Positions 25,684 to 38,199 of a DNA stretch of 64,000 nt are shown here, one piece after another; positions within the stretch are counted from its first letter, which is position 1, and each line of letters starts with the position of its first letter. Both the position numbers and the translations under genes were made by a program. The stretch is from Haliotis rufescens (Eukaryota), in the NCBI RefSeq assembly GCF_023055435.1, contig NW_025963813.1:6758001-6822000 (forward strand). The letters are read 5' to 3'. A model generated the notes under the pieces. It did not search any database. It saw only the letters and a program-made list of their open reading frames with translations, and had not been told where the DNA came from.

Positions 25684-26033
25684 CAATACTGGTTCTTGTA
25701 GAATCTGTGTCAAACACTATACTGGTTCCGACAGAATCTATGTCAAACACAATACTGGTTCTGACAGAATCTATGTCAAACACAATACTGGTTCTGACAG
25801 AATCTATGTCAAGCACAATACTGGTTACGATAGAATCTATGTCAAACACAATACTGGTTCTTGTAGAATCTATGTCTAACACAATACTGGTTCTGACAGA
25901 ATCTATGTCAAACACAATACTGGTTCCGACAGAATCTATGTCAAACACAATACTGGTTCCGACAGAATCTATGTCAAACACAAAACTGGTTCCGACAGAA
26001 TCTATGTCAAACACAAAACTGGGTCCAACAGAA
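25684..26033. repeat. 33-bp tandem repeat (~10 units)
   Basis: Unit ACAGAATCTATGTCAAACACAATACTGGTTCTG. Confidence 0.93.
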
Positions 26034-26855
26034 CAAAACAAATCTTTTCTCAGCAACATAGTAAAGCTTGGCTCTGACAAAACAGTACAGAATTTCCATG
26101 CTTACAGTCAAATTTTCCCTAGTATAGTGTTGCAATTAAGATGAGTTCTGAGATCCTTGAGGTTGACTCCTCCTTATTTAAACTGATGGATCTCTACATC
26201 TTTACATCAGGGATATGACAAGGACCACTCGACAACCATGCTCAATTCTGAACACTGTCTTCACAGACACTACAGCCTCCATATGACACTTGGTAATCTG
26301 GAGGGTAGTGTTCCCTCTGAATGTTTCCGACTATTGAATGTCTGAATGTAATGAGTGACTGGTACAGAGTAATTTTCCATTGCATATATTAGACATTCCC
26401 CCAAACATTGTCCAGATGGCAGGGTTTCCGGACTAACAAGGCTTAATTGTTTATGAACTATAAAAATATTAACCATGATTATTCATTCAAGCTTATTACT
26501 ATTTAGTCAGAGTAGCCTGTTACTTCTCCTTAGCATGATTGCATAAACAGATAGAGGCTTTCATTGTTGTAAGACACTACAATGGACAACAGATCTCCTA
26601 TGAACAAGTTAACACTATGCCATAGGGCAACACTGTACAACAATATGAAGAACTGAGTGTTATTTGAATGAAACATTACTAAGTTGAACCAAGCACAATA
26701 CATGCCATCAAATTTGTTTTGGAAATATTAGGCAGCTACATGTAATGCATCCTCTGTCCTCCGGGGTATTATATCTCCATTCTAATGATATGTACCCCGG
26801 ACACATTCACAACCTTAGCTTTGTCACCAGCTCCATCTCTTATCATCACCATAGG

Positions 26856-27030
26856 AGTGAGTGAGTGAGTGAGTGAGTGAGTGAGTGAGAGAGAGAGAGA
26901 GATATTCCAGCAAAATCACGGCGGGGGACACCAGAAATTGGCTTCACACATTGTACCCATGTCGTGACTCAAACCCGAGTCTTCGGCATGACGAGCGAAT
27001 GCTTTAACCTCCAGGCTACCCAACCACCCC
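26856..27030 (-). mobile_element. Family-A SINE with expanded (GAGT)n(GA)n tail
   Basis: Reverse family-A body. Confidence 0.82.
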
Positions 27031-27642
27031 AAGTGTTAAGTGAGAGGAGGGAAGTTGTTCAGCTACAAGACATTTCGGTTGTAAATGAGATGGTATTCAA
27101 AAGTCAAGTATTGATGTCATTGCTAAATCATGAAAGAACTGTAATTTGACTGGACATCAATTTTAATGAGCCAGACTCCAGGCGGAGCTATGATGGTGAA
27201 AGTTTGCTGGGTATTAATCATAATACAGTGCAGATAAAATACCCTGGATAATCGAGGATGCAACTTGTCAAGCGTGGTCCTTGAGGTCACTGTTACAACA
27301 TCTTCATCTATGGACCCCAAACTATGTTTTAATGTCATGCGTGATTATTTTACACAGGGGTCAGTCAAAGCTTGCCATTTTTCTCTTACTATGGATAAAC
27401 TTTGTGAAAACACACATTCAAATCCTTGACACTTTAACATAAATATACAGACATGATATGTGATGCCAGCAGCCATGTAAAAACTGGTCAAGTCAATACA
27501 ACAAAACAGCTTGTATCCCCACTGGAAAGTCAGAATGAGGCATGTAATGATTATTTTTATTATGATCCTTAGTTTTCAGAACAATATTCCATGCTTGTTT
27601 GTTTCACCAAAATGGTATATCATCAGATGTCAGCTTGATGGG

Positions 27643-27918
27643 AGGAGTGAGTTGGGTTTAACGCCGCTTTTAACAGTATCCCAGTTATATCACGGCATGT
27701 CAGCTTAATGTGGGAGGAAAGCCCAAAGTGATGCAGGTCTCAGACGTTTACCACTTTGGTGAAACCCATGAGCACGGGCATGGTGCTGACAAACCTAGAA
27801 ACATAATCTGGGTGAACTGTGATTCGAACCCACAATCATAGGTTTCTGGCGTGCCCAAGGGACGCAACTCTGCACAGCGAATCTCGGCGCCTTACACAAC
27901 TGGGCCACCCGTGCCCCC
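27643..27918 (-). mobile_element. Family-B SINE
   Basis: Full-length reverse copy flanked by TGATGGGAGGA duplication. Confidence 0.87.
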
Positions 27919-30193
27919 TGATGGGAGGAAAGCTTAAAGTGATGCAGGTCTTAGAAGTCACTTTGGTGACACTCCAGAGGACAAGTATAGTGCTGACAAA
28001 CAAAGGGAATATGTGAGGCGAATACTGGACACAAGCCTATGATCATTTCCGATGCATCCAGATGTGCCTACCCATGTGTCGATTCATCTGTTAAACCTGT
28101 ACAGATTTAAAAAAAAGGTAACATTTACAAAATTTGACAACATAATCAGGCTGACAGCAATGACCAATTGTTAGCCAGGCATAGAACATGGAGGAACTAA
28201 TGGGCAAGGTAAGTATCACCCCAGGTATTGCATCGTTACTCAAGTATTGTATCAATACACGAGGAAGGCGTATCAGGACACTCCTGATATTAAATTCCTC
28301 CAATTACTGGACACTCGGACAATGATCAGCCAGTAATGTCACACAGTATGTAGGCAGTCTCTGGTTCTGTTTCTTCGAAGAAATCTCCATGTACATCAAA
28401 CACACACAGGTTAAACACGTACACAATACACACCCATCCTAGATGCTGTATGAACTGTATCAAATGGATGGGTTCTCATATGAATGATCAAGACTGCATA
28501 GACAGGGGCCTATCATATTGTTGTGGACAAATCATGTAAGTCAAATCACTGCATAGATTGGGTGAAAACCGAAGTGTTAACAAGATGTAAAATATTTCAA
28601 AAGTTAACAATCACAGAGAAAATATGATCAGAAGGCGTTACATATATACACTAAGAATAAAATTCAAATCTGTCTGTTGTGTTACTGTAAAACCTTGTCC
28701 ACAGGATTAAATTGATACATCAATGTTTTACAGAATAACCTACAACATGTACAAGCTACATGGAATTTAAGTTTATTTTTCCTGTGTGAATTTACTAAGA
28801 GAGTCCTGCACCCTGACATTTCGCAAACAAAGAAACACTGGAACAAAAGCAAACTTTTGTGCGCAGTGAGAATTATTGAGAAAGAATTATATCAGCTCCA
28901 TGCCCTCATAGGTCGTACACAGAGGACAACTGGCTTTTCTATTACATGCTTATCTCAACAACTGAGCTAACAAAATTTATATTCTCAAAAATAAAAATGC
29001 CACCACTTTCAGGTTATAAGATGTCTGAAAACGATAGTGTCAATTAGGCAGACTGAAAGTAGTTTCATCAAGAAATAAACCTAGGGACCAAGTTGTATGT
29101 TGTGTAAGCACTCGGTTATATTCCAGCCATATGACGACAGCCTGTAAATAATTGAGTCGAGACCAGACAATCTGGTGACTGATATCATGAGCAACATTCC
29201 ACACCGTTGGGGTACGAAGACATGCTGTCAACCACGTCACCAACCATCTGATTAGTTTGGTCAGCTCTTATAACCAGCACAGGCTGCTGGGGCCGGAATG
29301 TCCGAGAGACTACATTTTCAGTGGGGCATGGGACCAATCTGTTAGTTTCCAGGGAGGTTCTGTCTTTTTGGGACCATTTTTTCTTGAAAACATGTTATTC
29401 CAACCAAAAAGTAAGTAAGTTTTATGCAATGAATTGCTTCAGGTGCGGGAGCCAGCAGGGGAAAAGAGACCTGGCCTTGGACCAGACGATACATTGGTCG
29501 GTCCCTATAACCAGGCAGGCTGATAGTAGTTCCGTCATGAAGGGTGGGTTATTTCATCTGTGTGAATATAGATTTTATATTTAGAGACAGACATAGAATT
29601 TCAAGTCTAGATAATAATAAATTGATTTATCCATTTTCCAAACCAAGCAAAGCGCCTAATATCAGCCATTGCGCTAAAAATGAATCTGACTTGTCTTTAA
29701 ACAAGTCTTCAACAGTACACCGAGATACTTGAGTTGACAAGGTTTTACAGTGTATTGCTGTAACCTTCACAAACACTCTGGAGGGCATTACATGTCAAGG
29801 CACAGTTTCTACATTTACATCTTGATACATAAACTTGCAATCGGTCAAGCAACCATAGCCAGTTATCCTATCAAGCATTTTGGATAATGTATGGAACACG
29901 TCTCAACATGGAACCAAAACAGCTCCAGGCAAAAAGGTTTTTAAAATGTACAATATTTAGAATAAAGAAGTAAGAATATCTGTTGTAAGTTCAATATGGA
30001 CAGGGTAACAAATATATAGGTTTACTGATGGAGGGATTTGTTTGTATTGTCCAACTAGGACTGTTCATTGATACCTATTACCGGTAAATCTCTGAAACAG
30101 TAGGTGGAAAGTATACTTGTAAGTTTCAATTTTATTACCAACATTTGATTGGGTGAGTTGTCATGCATAAATATCTTTGACATAGGGTACTTA

Positions 30194-30728
30194 CAGGCCT
30201 CAAAGTTGCGACTAAAACGGTCGCCAATGCGACCTAAATTTCAATTTGTCTACTGTCTAAAATTTAGAGGTAGCCAAATGACTACCTTGAAAAACATCTT
30301 GTGGCGACTAAATTCTAATGCTACACATATGTAGACACAAAAATATGTCTGCTACTAATTTTACTCACAAATGTTTCCTCCTAAAGTCAACAATGAACCG
30401 AAATGCATAAATATTAATGTAATTAGTATTTTGTTTTAGTTGATAGTTTATTAGATAAGGCAGGATGTACCTATATAATCTACTAACATAAATTGCATCA
30501 TTGTTCGAGTCACAAGTAACAAAACTCAAGTACAGTTTCCACTTATATACAATTCCAAGACTAGTGCTTTGACTTGTACATATAATAGTTATTTGATAAA
30601 AGATAATTTCAAATGCCTTTGGCTACCTACAATATTGGCTTGACTTCTTGATTTTACCACTGGCTACCTGAAAACAAATACTCGTAGCCATATGGCTACT
30701 TTGACTTTAAATTAAACTTTGAGGCCTG
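30194..30728. mobile_element. Non-autonomous TIR element (MITE) with CAGG termini, possibly hAT-related
   Basis: CAGGCCTCAAAGTT ... AACTTTGAGGCCTG perfect 14-bp TIR; related copy at ~61360-61968. Confidence 0.75.
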
Positions 30729-32809
30729 ACTTAAAAGTATCTTTCACCTGGTGCCATTGTACAAAACCTTAGTGCTACAAATGTTGTAAGCCAAGGTTAA
30801 GGCATGGGAGTTACAATCACCTTAGCGCTAAGATTGCTTTGTACAACGGCACCCTGTATGTTATTAGGTTTAAAATATGTTGCGTTGTCTATGACACGTC
30901 ATTCAAAGAAAATAGAACTGGTAAAATAGATCAATAGGAATTCCCAAACATTAACCAAATGAAGTCATTGAGGATGTAACAGGATAGAAAGTTGAGATTA
31001 CCACAGATACCTGTTTCAACAGTCTCTTCATTCAATCACACTTATGTATCCATGGCAACGATATATGAAATGTATACAAATATATGAAATATAGTGATAA
31101 TGTTGCCGTGGTGATATGTTACATGACCTGACAAAGATTTGAGCGCAAGTTAAGAAAAAATAAATCAACATGTTATCACACAATCTGCATAAATACAAAG
31201 CTGATGTAAACACAGTAAATGGAATCATGTATGTAAAACGAAGTTCAGGATATCATCCCAGAATCCCCAAACCAGAAGTAAAAGGATATGGACTTTGTAA
31301 TCTAAAAATTAACAAAGGGACCAATAATTTAACATGTTTGTTGTTTAACGCAGCACTCGGTTATATTCCAGCCATATGACGAGAGCCTGTAAATAATCGA
31401 GTCGAGACCAGACAATCCGGTGACTGATATCATGAGCAACATTCCACACCGTTGGGGTACGAAGACATGCTGTCAACCACGTCACCAACCATCTGATTAG
31501 TTTGGTCAGCTCTTATGACCAGCACAGGCTGCTGGGGCCGGAATGTCCGAGAGACTACATTTTCAGTGGGGCATAGGACCAATCTGTCAGTTTCCAGGGA
31601 GGTTCTGTCTTTTTGGGGGGTTTATTTTGATAAATGATAAAGTAGGTAAGTTTTATGCTATGAATTGCTTCAGGTGTGGGAGCCAGCAGGGGAAAAGAGA
31701 CCTGGCCTTGGACCAGAAAATACATTGGAATGAAAACTTACAATTTACCTGCACTTAAGCCTTCTGGTTCTATAATCCTGTGAAATGTTCAGTCATATAT
31801 CCAAATTGAGTTCTATGTAATATCAGCCCTAACTGAGGATAGATAACACAAGCATATAAACCGACATCAGTATTTAGAGTGATGAACATTACAGAAAAAA
31901 TATGTCCTCAATAAGGGCGGCAATGCATTCACGATTGCCCCTGATAGATGATGATTAACTTGTTACCTCACAAGCTTGAATAAAACAAAACAAAAAATTA
32001 ACAAAATTAACAGAAAATTCACAACCATAGAACATAAAATGTACACCGAGATTCAAACTTTGAAATGTGACAACGATCTGAAACAACCATCTTGAAATCA
32101 GAACACAAGAAGCTCCACACAGGTTCAACCGTGACTGACCCTGGTGAAGAGTTCTGTCTAGAGTATAATGGACGGTTCTGTTCAACTCCTGTCACACAGT
32201 GGACATATTCTCTACAGATACAGAAACACCCTGTTTTTATGCACCTTGTTAAACCGGACACCTCTCATTCTAGACAATGACAAATCACAAAGTCACAACA
32301 AATTGATTACAGAATCACCAGCTGTTTTACGAAATGATCAGACTTACTTCCAAACTACCTCTCTAGCCCAGAAGCACCTTCACAAGCTTCAGAAGATTTT
32401 CAAATTCAAATTTCTAATCTAAAATCGACCAATCAAAAACACAATGTTTACACTTGATATAATGATAAAAGTCATTCTCGTAAATTGCTCATTATCTGAA
32501 AACAATCTTCATAGCAAGATCGGATATTTGAAAATATAACCCAAGTAGTGAAACAACAGACTAATCAAGATAATGTTGTGTACGATTAAGGGACAAACAT
32601 CACTAGAACATAATGGATTCTGGTATATTTTACACTTGTGCTTCTACAATTAGGACAAATCTATACCCCAAACCATCAAATAGTTACATTGTTCTAGATT
32701 ATAGATCTCCATCTCACAATACAATCATGAATAAGGTTTATCTGACATACAGACTTCCATTGCCTCTGAGGTTACTTCATACAGGACCTCCACTTGGAAG
32801 ACCTCTTAA

Positions 32810-33372
32810 CACACAGGATCTCTACGTACAAGATCTCTACATACAGGATCTCTACATACAAGACCTCTACGCACAGGATCACCACACAGGCAAGCTCTGT
32901 ACACAAGATCTCTACATACAGGATCTCTACGTACAATATCTCAACACACAGGTTCTCCACACAGGCAAGCTCTGTACACAAGATCTCTACTTACAAGATC
33001 TCTACGTTCAAGATCTCCACACCCAGGATCTCCACACAGGCAAGCTCTGTACACAAGATCTCTACATGAAAGATCTCTCACATATAGGTCTAAAAAATAC
33101 AGGATCTCTACACTCAGGATCTCCACACAGGCAAGCTCTGTACACAAGATCTCTACATGAAAGATCTCTCACATATAGGTCTAAAAAATACAGGATCTCT
33201 ACACTCAGGATCTCCACACAGGCAAGCTCTGTACACAAGATCTCTACATGAAAGATCTCTCACATATAGGTCTAAAAAATACAGGATCTCTACACTCAGG
33301 ATCTCTACACACAGGATCACCACACAGGCAAGCTCTGTAACAAGATCTCTACATACAGGATCACCACACAGG
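32810..33372. repeat. Complex tandem repeat built on a ~15-bp CAGGATCTCTACATA unit with higher-order repeats
   Basis: Repeated GATCTCTAC / CAGGCAAGCTCTGTACACAA blocks. Confidence 0.9.
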
Positions 33373-33642
33373 AACTTTACATACATCTCTTCACATATTC
33401 TTGCCACTAACTCACTATAAGCGAGGATTGAATAGGAATCTGTAAGTTAAGATACTTTGGGTACAGTCATGTGTAAATAATCATAAAAATAATAATCTAG
33501 AATATTCTACTAGTAATCTACACCATACAAAGGACATAAATGATATCCTTGTACAAAGTCTACCTCAATATTCAAGAATAAATAAATAAATGTTGTCCTA
33601 AGACCATAAACTCTGATAATACATAGCTATATAATCATGGTA

Positions 33643-34122
33643 ACAATGGTAAGCCAATGCTTTATGACGAACTGGAGTACCAACAATGGTAAGCCAATGC
33701 TTCATGACAAACTGGAGTACCAACAATGGTAAGCCAATGCTTCATGACAAACTGGAGTACCGACAATGGTAAGCCAATGCTTCATGACAAACTGGAGTAC
33801 CAACAATGGTAAGCCAATGCTTTATGACGAACTGGAGTACCAACAATGGTAAGCCAATGCTTCATGACAAACTGGAGTACCAACAATGGTAAGCCAATGC
33901 TTTATGACAAACTGGAGTACCAACAATGGTAAGCCAATGCTTTATGACAAACTGGAGTACCAACAATGGTAAGCCGATGCTTTATGACAAACTGGAGTAC
34001 CAACAATGGTAAGCCAATGCTTTATGACAAACTGGAGTACCAACAATGGTAAGCCGATGCTTTATGACAAACTGGAGTACCATCAATGGTAAGCCAATGC
34101 TTTATGACAACCTGGAGTACCA
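33643..34122. repeat. 40-bp tandem repeat (12 units)
   Basis: Unit AACAATGGTAAGCCAATGCTTTATGACAAACTGGAGTACC. Confidence 0.95.
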
Positions 34123-34201
34123 GGAAACTAGTTCAACAAATACACGTACAGGTAGTTAACATGAATTTGCAAACAAAACCAACTCTCTGTTATCAGGTGT
34201 A

Positions 34202-34612
34202 CTGAGCTCCAGATAACTTTTAGAGCAATTGAGTTTTTACTCAAAGGTTTCTATTTTAATTGGGTTATTACATTTTTCATTGGGTAACCAATATTTTTTC
34301 ACTCATCTATTCATCACTCTATTGGGTTTTTCCAAAAATGAGTAAGCATTTTGAGATTTCAAAAAAAATATGACAGTTGGAAATATAGGCTGGACTCGGA
34401 AAGTAAATTTGCTCGTAATTGTGTTTCGGAAATTAGCTCCATTGTACGCATGCTGAAAAAGCTTCATTGGGTATTTACGTGTGCTGGTTTCAAACAATTG
34501 AGTTTTTCATTTAATGCATGCATTTCTGTATGCAAGTTAATTGAGAGTAATTGGGTTTTGAAATGTTTTTGGGGGGTATTTTACGCAAATACGAAGCTTA
34601 TCTGCAGCTCTG
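34202..34612. mobile_element. MITE with ~15-bp TIRs
   Basis: CTGAGCTCCAGATAA ... TTATCTGCAGCTCTG; second, truncated copy at ~44960-45297. Confidence 0.75.
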
Positions 34613-35070
34613 GGTGTATCCACGAAAACATCACTGGATGACAGCAACTCAGTCCAGCCTTGTACTGAAAGTGTCAGCAGTCAGCAGTCAGAAACAACCA
34701 CAGTGCTTTATGAGAACGAGTACTTTTGTTCAACAGAAGCGAAAACTGGTTGAGAGAGTTTCCCATACACCTATTGAGCTAGTGACCTCCCCTGAACCTC
34801 TAGTTCTTTGAATTTGTCACCAGCCAAAAACTAGAATGCATTTCCCCTGCAGGACAACTACAATGTAGTATTGTTTTTCCACTCTGAAATAAGAAGCTGC
34901 CACTGTGACAACAGTTTCAAAAACCTGTGATAAGTTGTCTTTCTGATTCAGCCTCGAGGTCAGCATCAGTTACTGGACTCCTCAGAAATACAAGAATGTG
35001 GGACTACTGCGAGTCGATTGAGACAGTTCCACTACATGGGTTCCTTCACTATATAGGATGCTCTGGTGAT

Positions 35071-35615
35071 ACATCTTCCCGAGGCAAGAGAGTTAACTGA
35101 CTGTGAAAGTCCAGTTTCCACCCTTGCCAAACTAGGCTGGTATTATGGAGTTAGATTTTGGCTGGACTAACAAGTCTATGCATAGTCCAATCGCAATCGC
35201 GCAATGAAATCAAAATCCGGTTCGTAAACCGTTGTGCAGATTTCGGTCGATTGCATGATTTACAAAGCATGTGCACTGCCAGCTCATTGTCAACAGATAT
35301 TTTCAAAATCTTTTCATGTTTTTAATCAAGGTGCTCGCGTGATTTGATTCACTTCGGGATGTAAGACTCGTTTTATCACCATATAGATGTTGATTATCGA
35401 TCAGATCGTCTTGACTTAACCGCCATTTTGTTTGAAGCAAAGGCAAGTGATACTAGAGGTGGAATTTGATTGGTCCATAGGAGAGGCATAGAAGGGACGT
35501 AATGCGTAATAACCACTGGTGGCGCTACGATCGAGCCCAGGAATTCCAGCCTAGTTCAGCAAGGGTGGAAACTGGACTTTAATGGTCAGTTAACTCCCTT
35601 TGCCTCGGGAAGATG
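35071..35615. mobile_element. MITE with ~70-bp TIRs
   Basis: CATCTTCCCGAGGCAAGAGAGTTAACTGAC..CCACCCTTGCCAAACTAGGCTGG is mirrored at 35546-35615; second copy at 47616-48172. Confidence 0.88.
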
Positions 35616-36309
35616 CTTGTGATAATACACAGACGAACTCTGTGATATAACACTAAATACATTTGTTTTCCTCATCAATTCTTGACATTCACCTTCATCA
35701 CCACTGTTATTTCACAGAAAACAAGTTGATTGGTAATAAATAATTGGATTACATTGTTATACTTAAAATTACAACACAAATTTGAGTAGTGTGTATGTCA
35801 GTGCTTTTCATCCTGACCTCATACGACAGCAGCATGTGTTCATACAAATTGCAGGTGGGTCACTTGTAACTCCAGCCATGCATGTTTCATGAATCAGTCT
35901 CAGCACCATGACTGCTGCAAGCATATGTTTGACATGGTAGTTACAATAGCACAACCACTGCTTGGTGAATGGCACAGGTCATCAATGCAAATATTTTTAG
36001 TCAGGTAATTGTACACAACCGAAGAAAGTATTGCATAGAAGTCGCATTTGTGGTGGCCTGAGAACAGCAGGGGTCTGGAAACGGTCATATGTGCCGAACG
36101 TGTCCGATTGGGAACCTCAAATGTTCAGGTTTAAAATATTGCTTACTGGGCATTTAATTTTTCTGTCCGGACATTTAAAAATATTGTCCGGACATTCTTA
36201 AATTTTGACCGGACCGGATTATTTTTGCAACAGGTGAGACACGTGGATAGGTAATTTGCAAATGTACTGTACACGACGACCATCTTTGCTGTTCCCAGAG
36301 GTGCTGTCA

Positions 36310-36640
36310 AAAACATGTGAGTCTGTGTTGCACTACATTTGTTGCCCCGACAATGGAAGGTCGGAGGTTGAATCCCCTGCCATGTCATACCAAAGGACGT
36401 TAAAAGATGTTACTTGTTGTTACCCTGCCTGGCGCACGGCATTAAGCAGATAACACAAGGCATGGTTGGCTCGGAGTCAGTATGATGTGTCTGTGTGGAG
36501 GAGTATCCATGCTAAACAAGGTATCTCAGTGGGCTGGCACTATATAGCGGGCATTAGTCTGGATTAATATAAGCAGCCATTCTCACACATGTATGCACGT
36601 CGCTATATCAGTGCAATCATCATGAACTGTTGCTAAACTC
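36310..36640 (+). mobile_element. Old V-SINE-like element
   Basis: Degenerate B box followed by GTCATACCAAAGGACGTTAAAAGATG..CCCTGCCTGGCGCACGGCATTAAG..TGGTTGGCTCGGAGTCAGTATGATGTG, resembling the V-domain core. Confidence 0.55.
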
Positions 36641-37074
36641 CATTTGACCAAATCCCATTTGACCAAATCCCATTTCACCTAACCTCACCTGTGCCACCAT
36701 ATGTGTGCTGCTTGGTCGTAAAACATCTCAAGTAGGATTTGTATGGAGAGCAGTGTCATGCTCTCAGAAGTCATCGTGTACCCTGTTTAGAATATTCAAA
36801 CTATTGATTTCAGCACCAGATCTCTTCAAACAAGATAACAAGAGCTATCACAAGCCTCACAATACGATGAGACTGATCTGTTTAACATCTGTAAGAATTG
36901 ATTTCTCAATGTGTTCTGTGACAGAAAAACATTTTAAGATTGTCCTAGTCCCTGTTTCATAAGGCAATCATACCACTGTGATGCAGGACCCATTTCACAA
37001 ACCTATTGACGTGCTACAACTGTCGTAAGTAAATCAACGTAATGGTATATAATGGACTTCTAGTGCAATGGCTG

Positions 37075-37780
37075 TTGTAAGTCTATGTTAAAGTATAGTC
37101 ATAAAAATAGTTGTAAGTCTATGTAACATATGAGATTAAAGATTGTCGTAAGTCTATGTAACATATAGGAGTAAAGATTGTCGTAAGTCTATGTAACATA
37201 TAGGAGTAAAGATTGTCGTAAGTCTATGTAACATATAGGAGTAAAGATTGTCGTAAGTCTATGTAACATATAGGAGTAAAGATTGTCGTAAGTCTATGTA
37301 ACATATAGGAGTAAAGATTGTCGTAAGTCTATGTAACATATAGGAGTAAAGATTGTCGGAAGTCTATGTAACATATAGGAGTAAAGATTGTCGTAAGTCT
37401 ATGTAACATATAGGAGTAAAGATTGTCGGAAGTCTATGTAACATATAGGAGTAAAGATTGTCGGAAGTCTTTGTTAACTTATAGGAGTATAAATAGTCGT
37501 AAGTCTTTGTTAAAGTATAGGTTTGAGTAAAGATTGTCAGAAGTCTATGATAAAGCATAGTAGTAAAAATAGTCGGAAGTCCATGTTAAAGTATAGGAGT
37601 AAAGATTGTCGTAAGTCTATGTAAAATATAGGAGTAAAGTTTGTTAGAAGTCTATGTTAAAATATACCTGTAAAAATTAGTCATAAGTCATGTTAAAGTT
37701 CATGAGTAAATATAGTCATAGGTCTACTTTAAGTTATAGGAGTAAAGATTGTCGTAAGTCTATGTTATAGTATAGGAGTT
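37075..37780. repeat. 35-bp tandem repeat (~20 units) bounded by imperfect TIRs
   Basis: Unit AAGATTGTCGTAAGTCTATGTAACATATAGGAGTA. Confidence 0.93.
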
Positions 37781-37968
37781 AAGAAAGTCCTAGCACTGTG
37801 ATCACTTTGTGAAACAGGTCCCAGCTGTGTACAAAAGCAGTGGTCTTATGACAGTCTCAGAGTGAACTACATCATAGATCACAGGCGGGAAGTATGTATA
37901 TCTGGGGGCATAATGGTGACAAGATTCTAGGGTTGTTGCTCATCTTCATATGCTGGACCACGGCCCTC

Positions 37969-38199
37969 CTACAGCTTGGTGTCGCTCATCACAGAACGTG
38001 GTCGTATGTCCCTGTTCTGTGTCCTGGCCACTGCGATGTGGAGACACTGCACCCACTGTTCCACGTTCTGCTGGCCTTTGGCCTTGAACACATAAGTCTG
38101 ATCTGCTGTGAAGATCTCAAATGCACGAGGAATATCCCGGATTCCCTTCCGGACTGCTTTCACACTCTGAATCTTGCTGACTGGTAACATTTCTTTACA
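37969..38199 (-). CDS. VEPH1: VEPH1 exon 14 (PH domain end, stop)
   Basis: [16 protein letters not shown]...AFEIFT...[12 protein letters not shown]...TKL*. Confidence 0.93.
   Translation of the reverse strand, partial: CKEMLPVSKIQSVKAVRKGIRDIPRAFEIFTADQTYVFKAKGQQNVEQWVQCLHIAVARTQNRDIRPRSVMSDTKL

Noticed and set aside
25530-26144. 204-aa and 153-aa repetitive ORFs (also the 212-aa ORF at 32613-33251)
   Set aside because: Explained by tandem units whose length is a multiple of 3; no other coding evidence.
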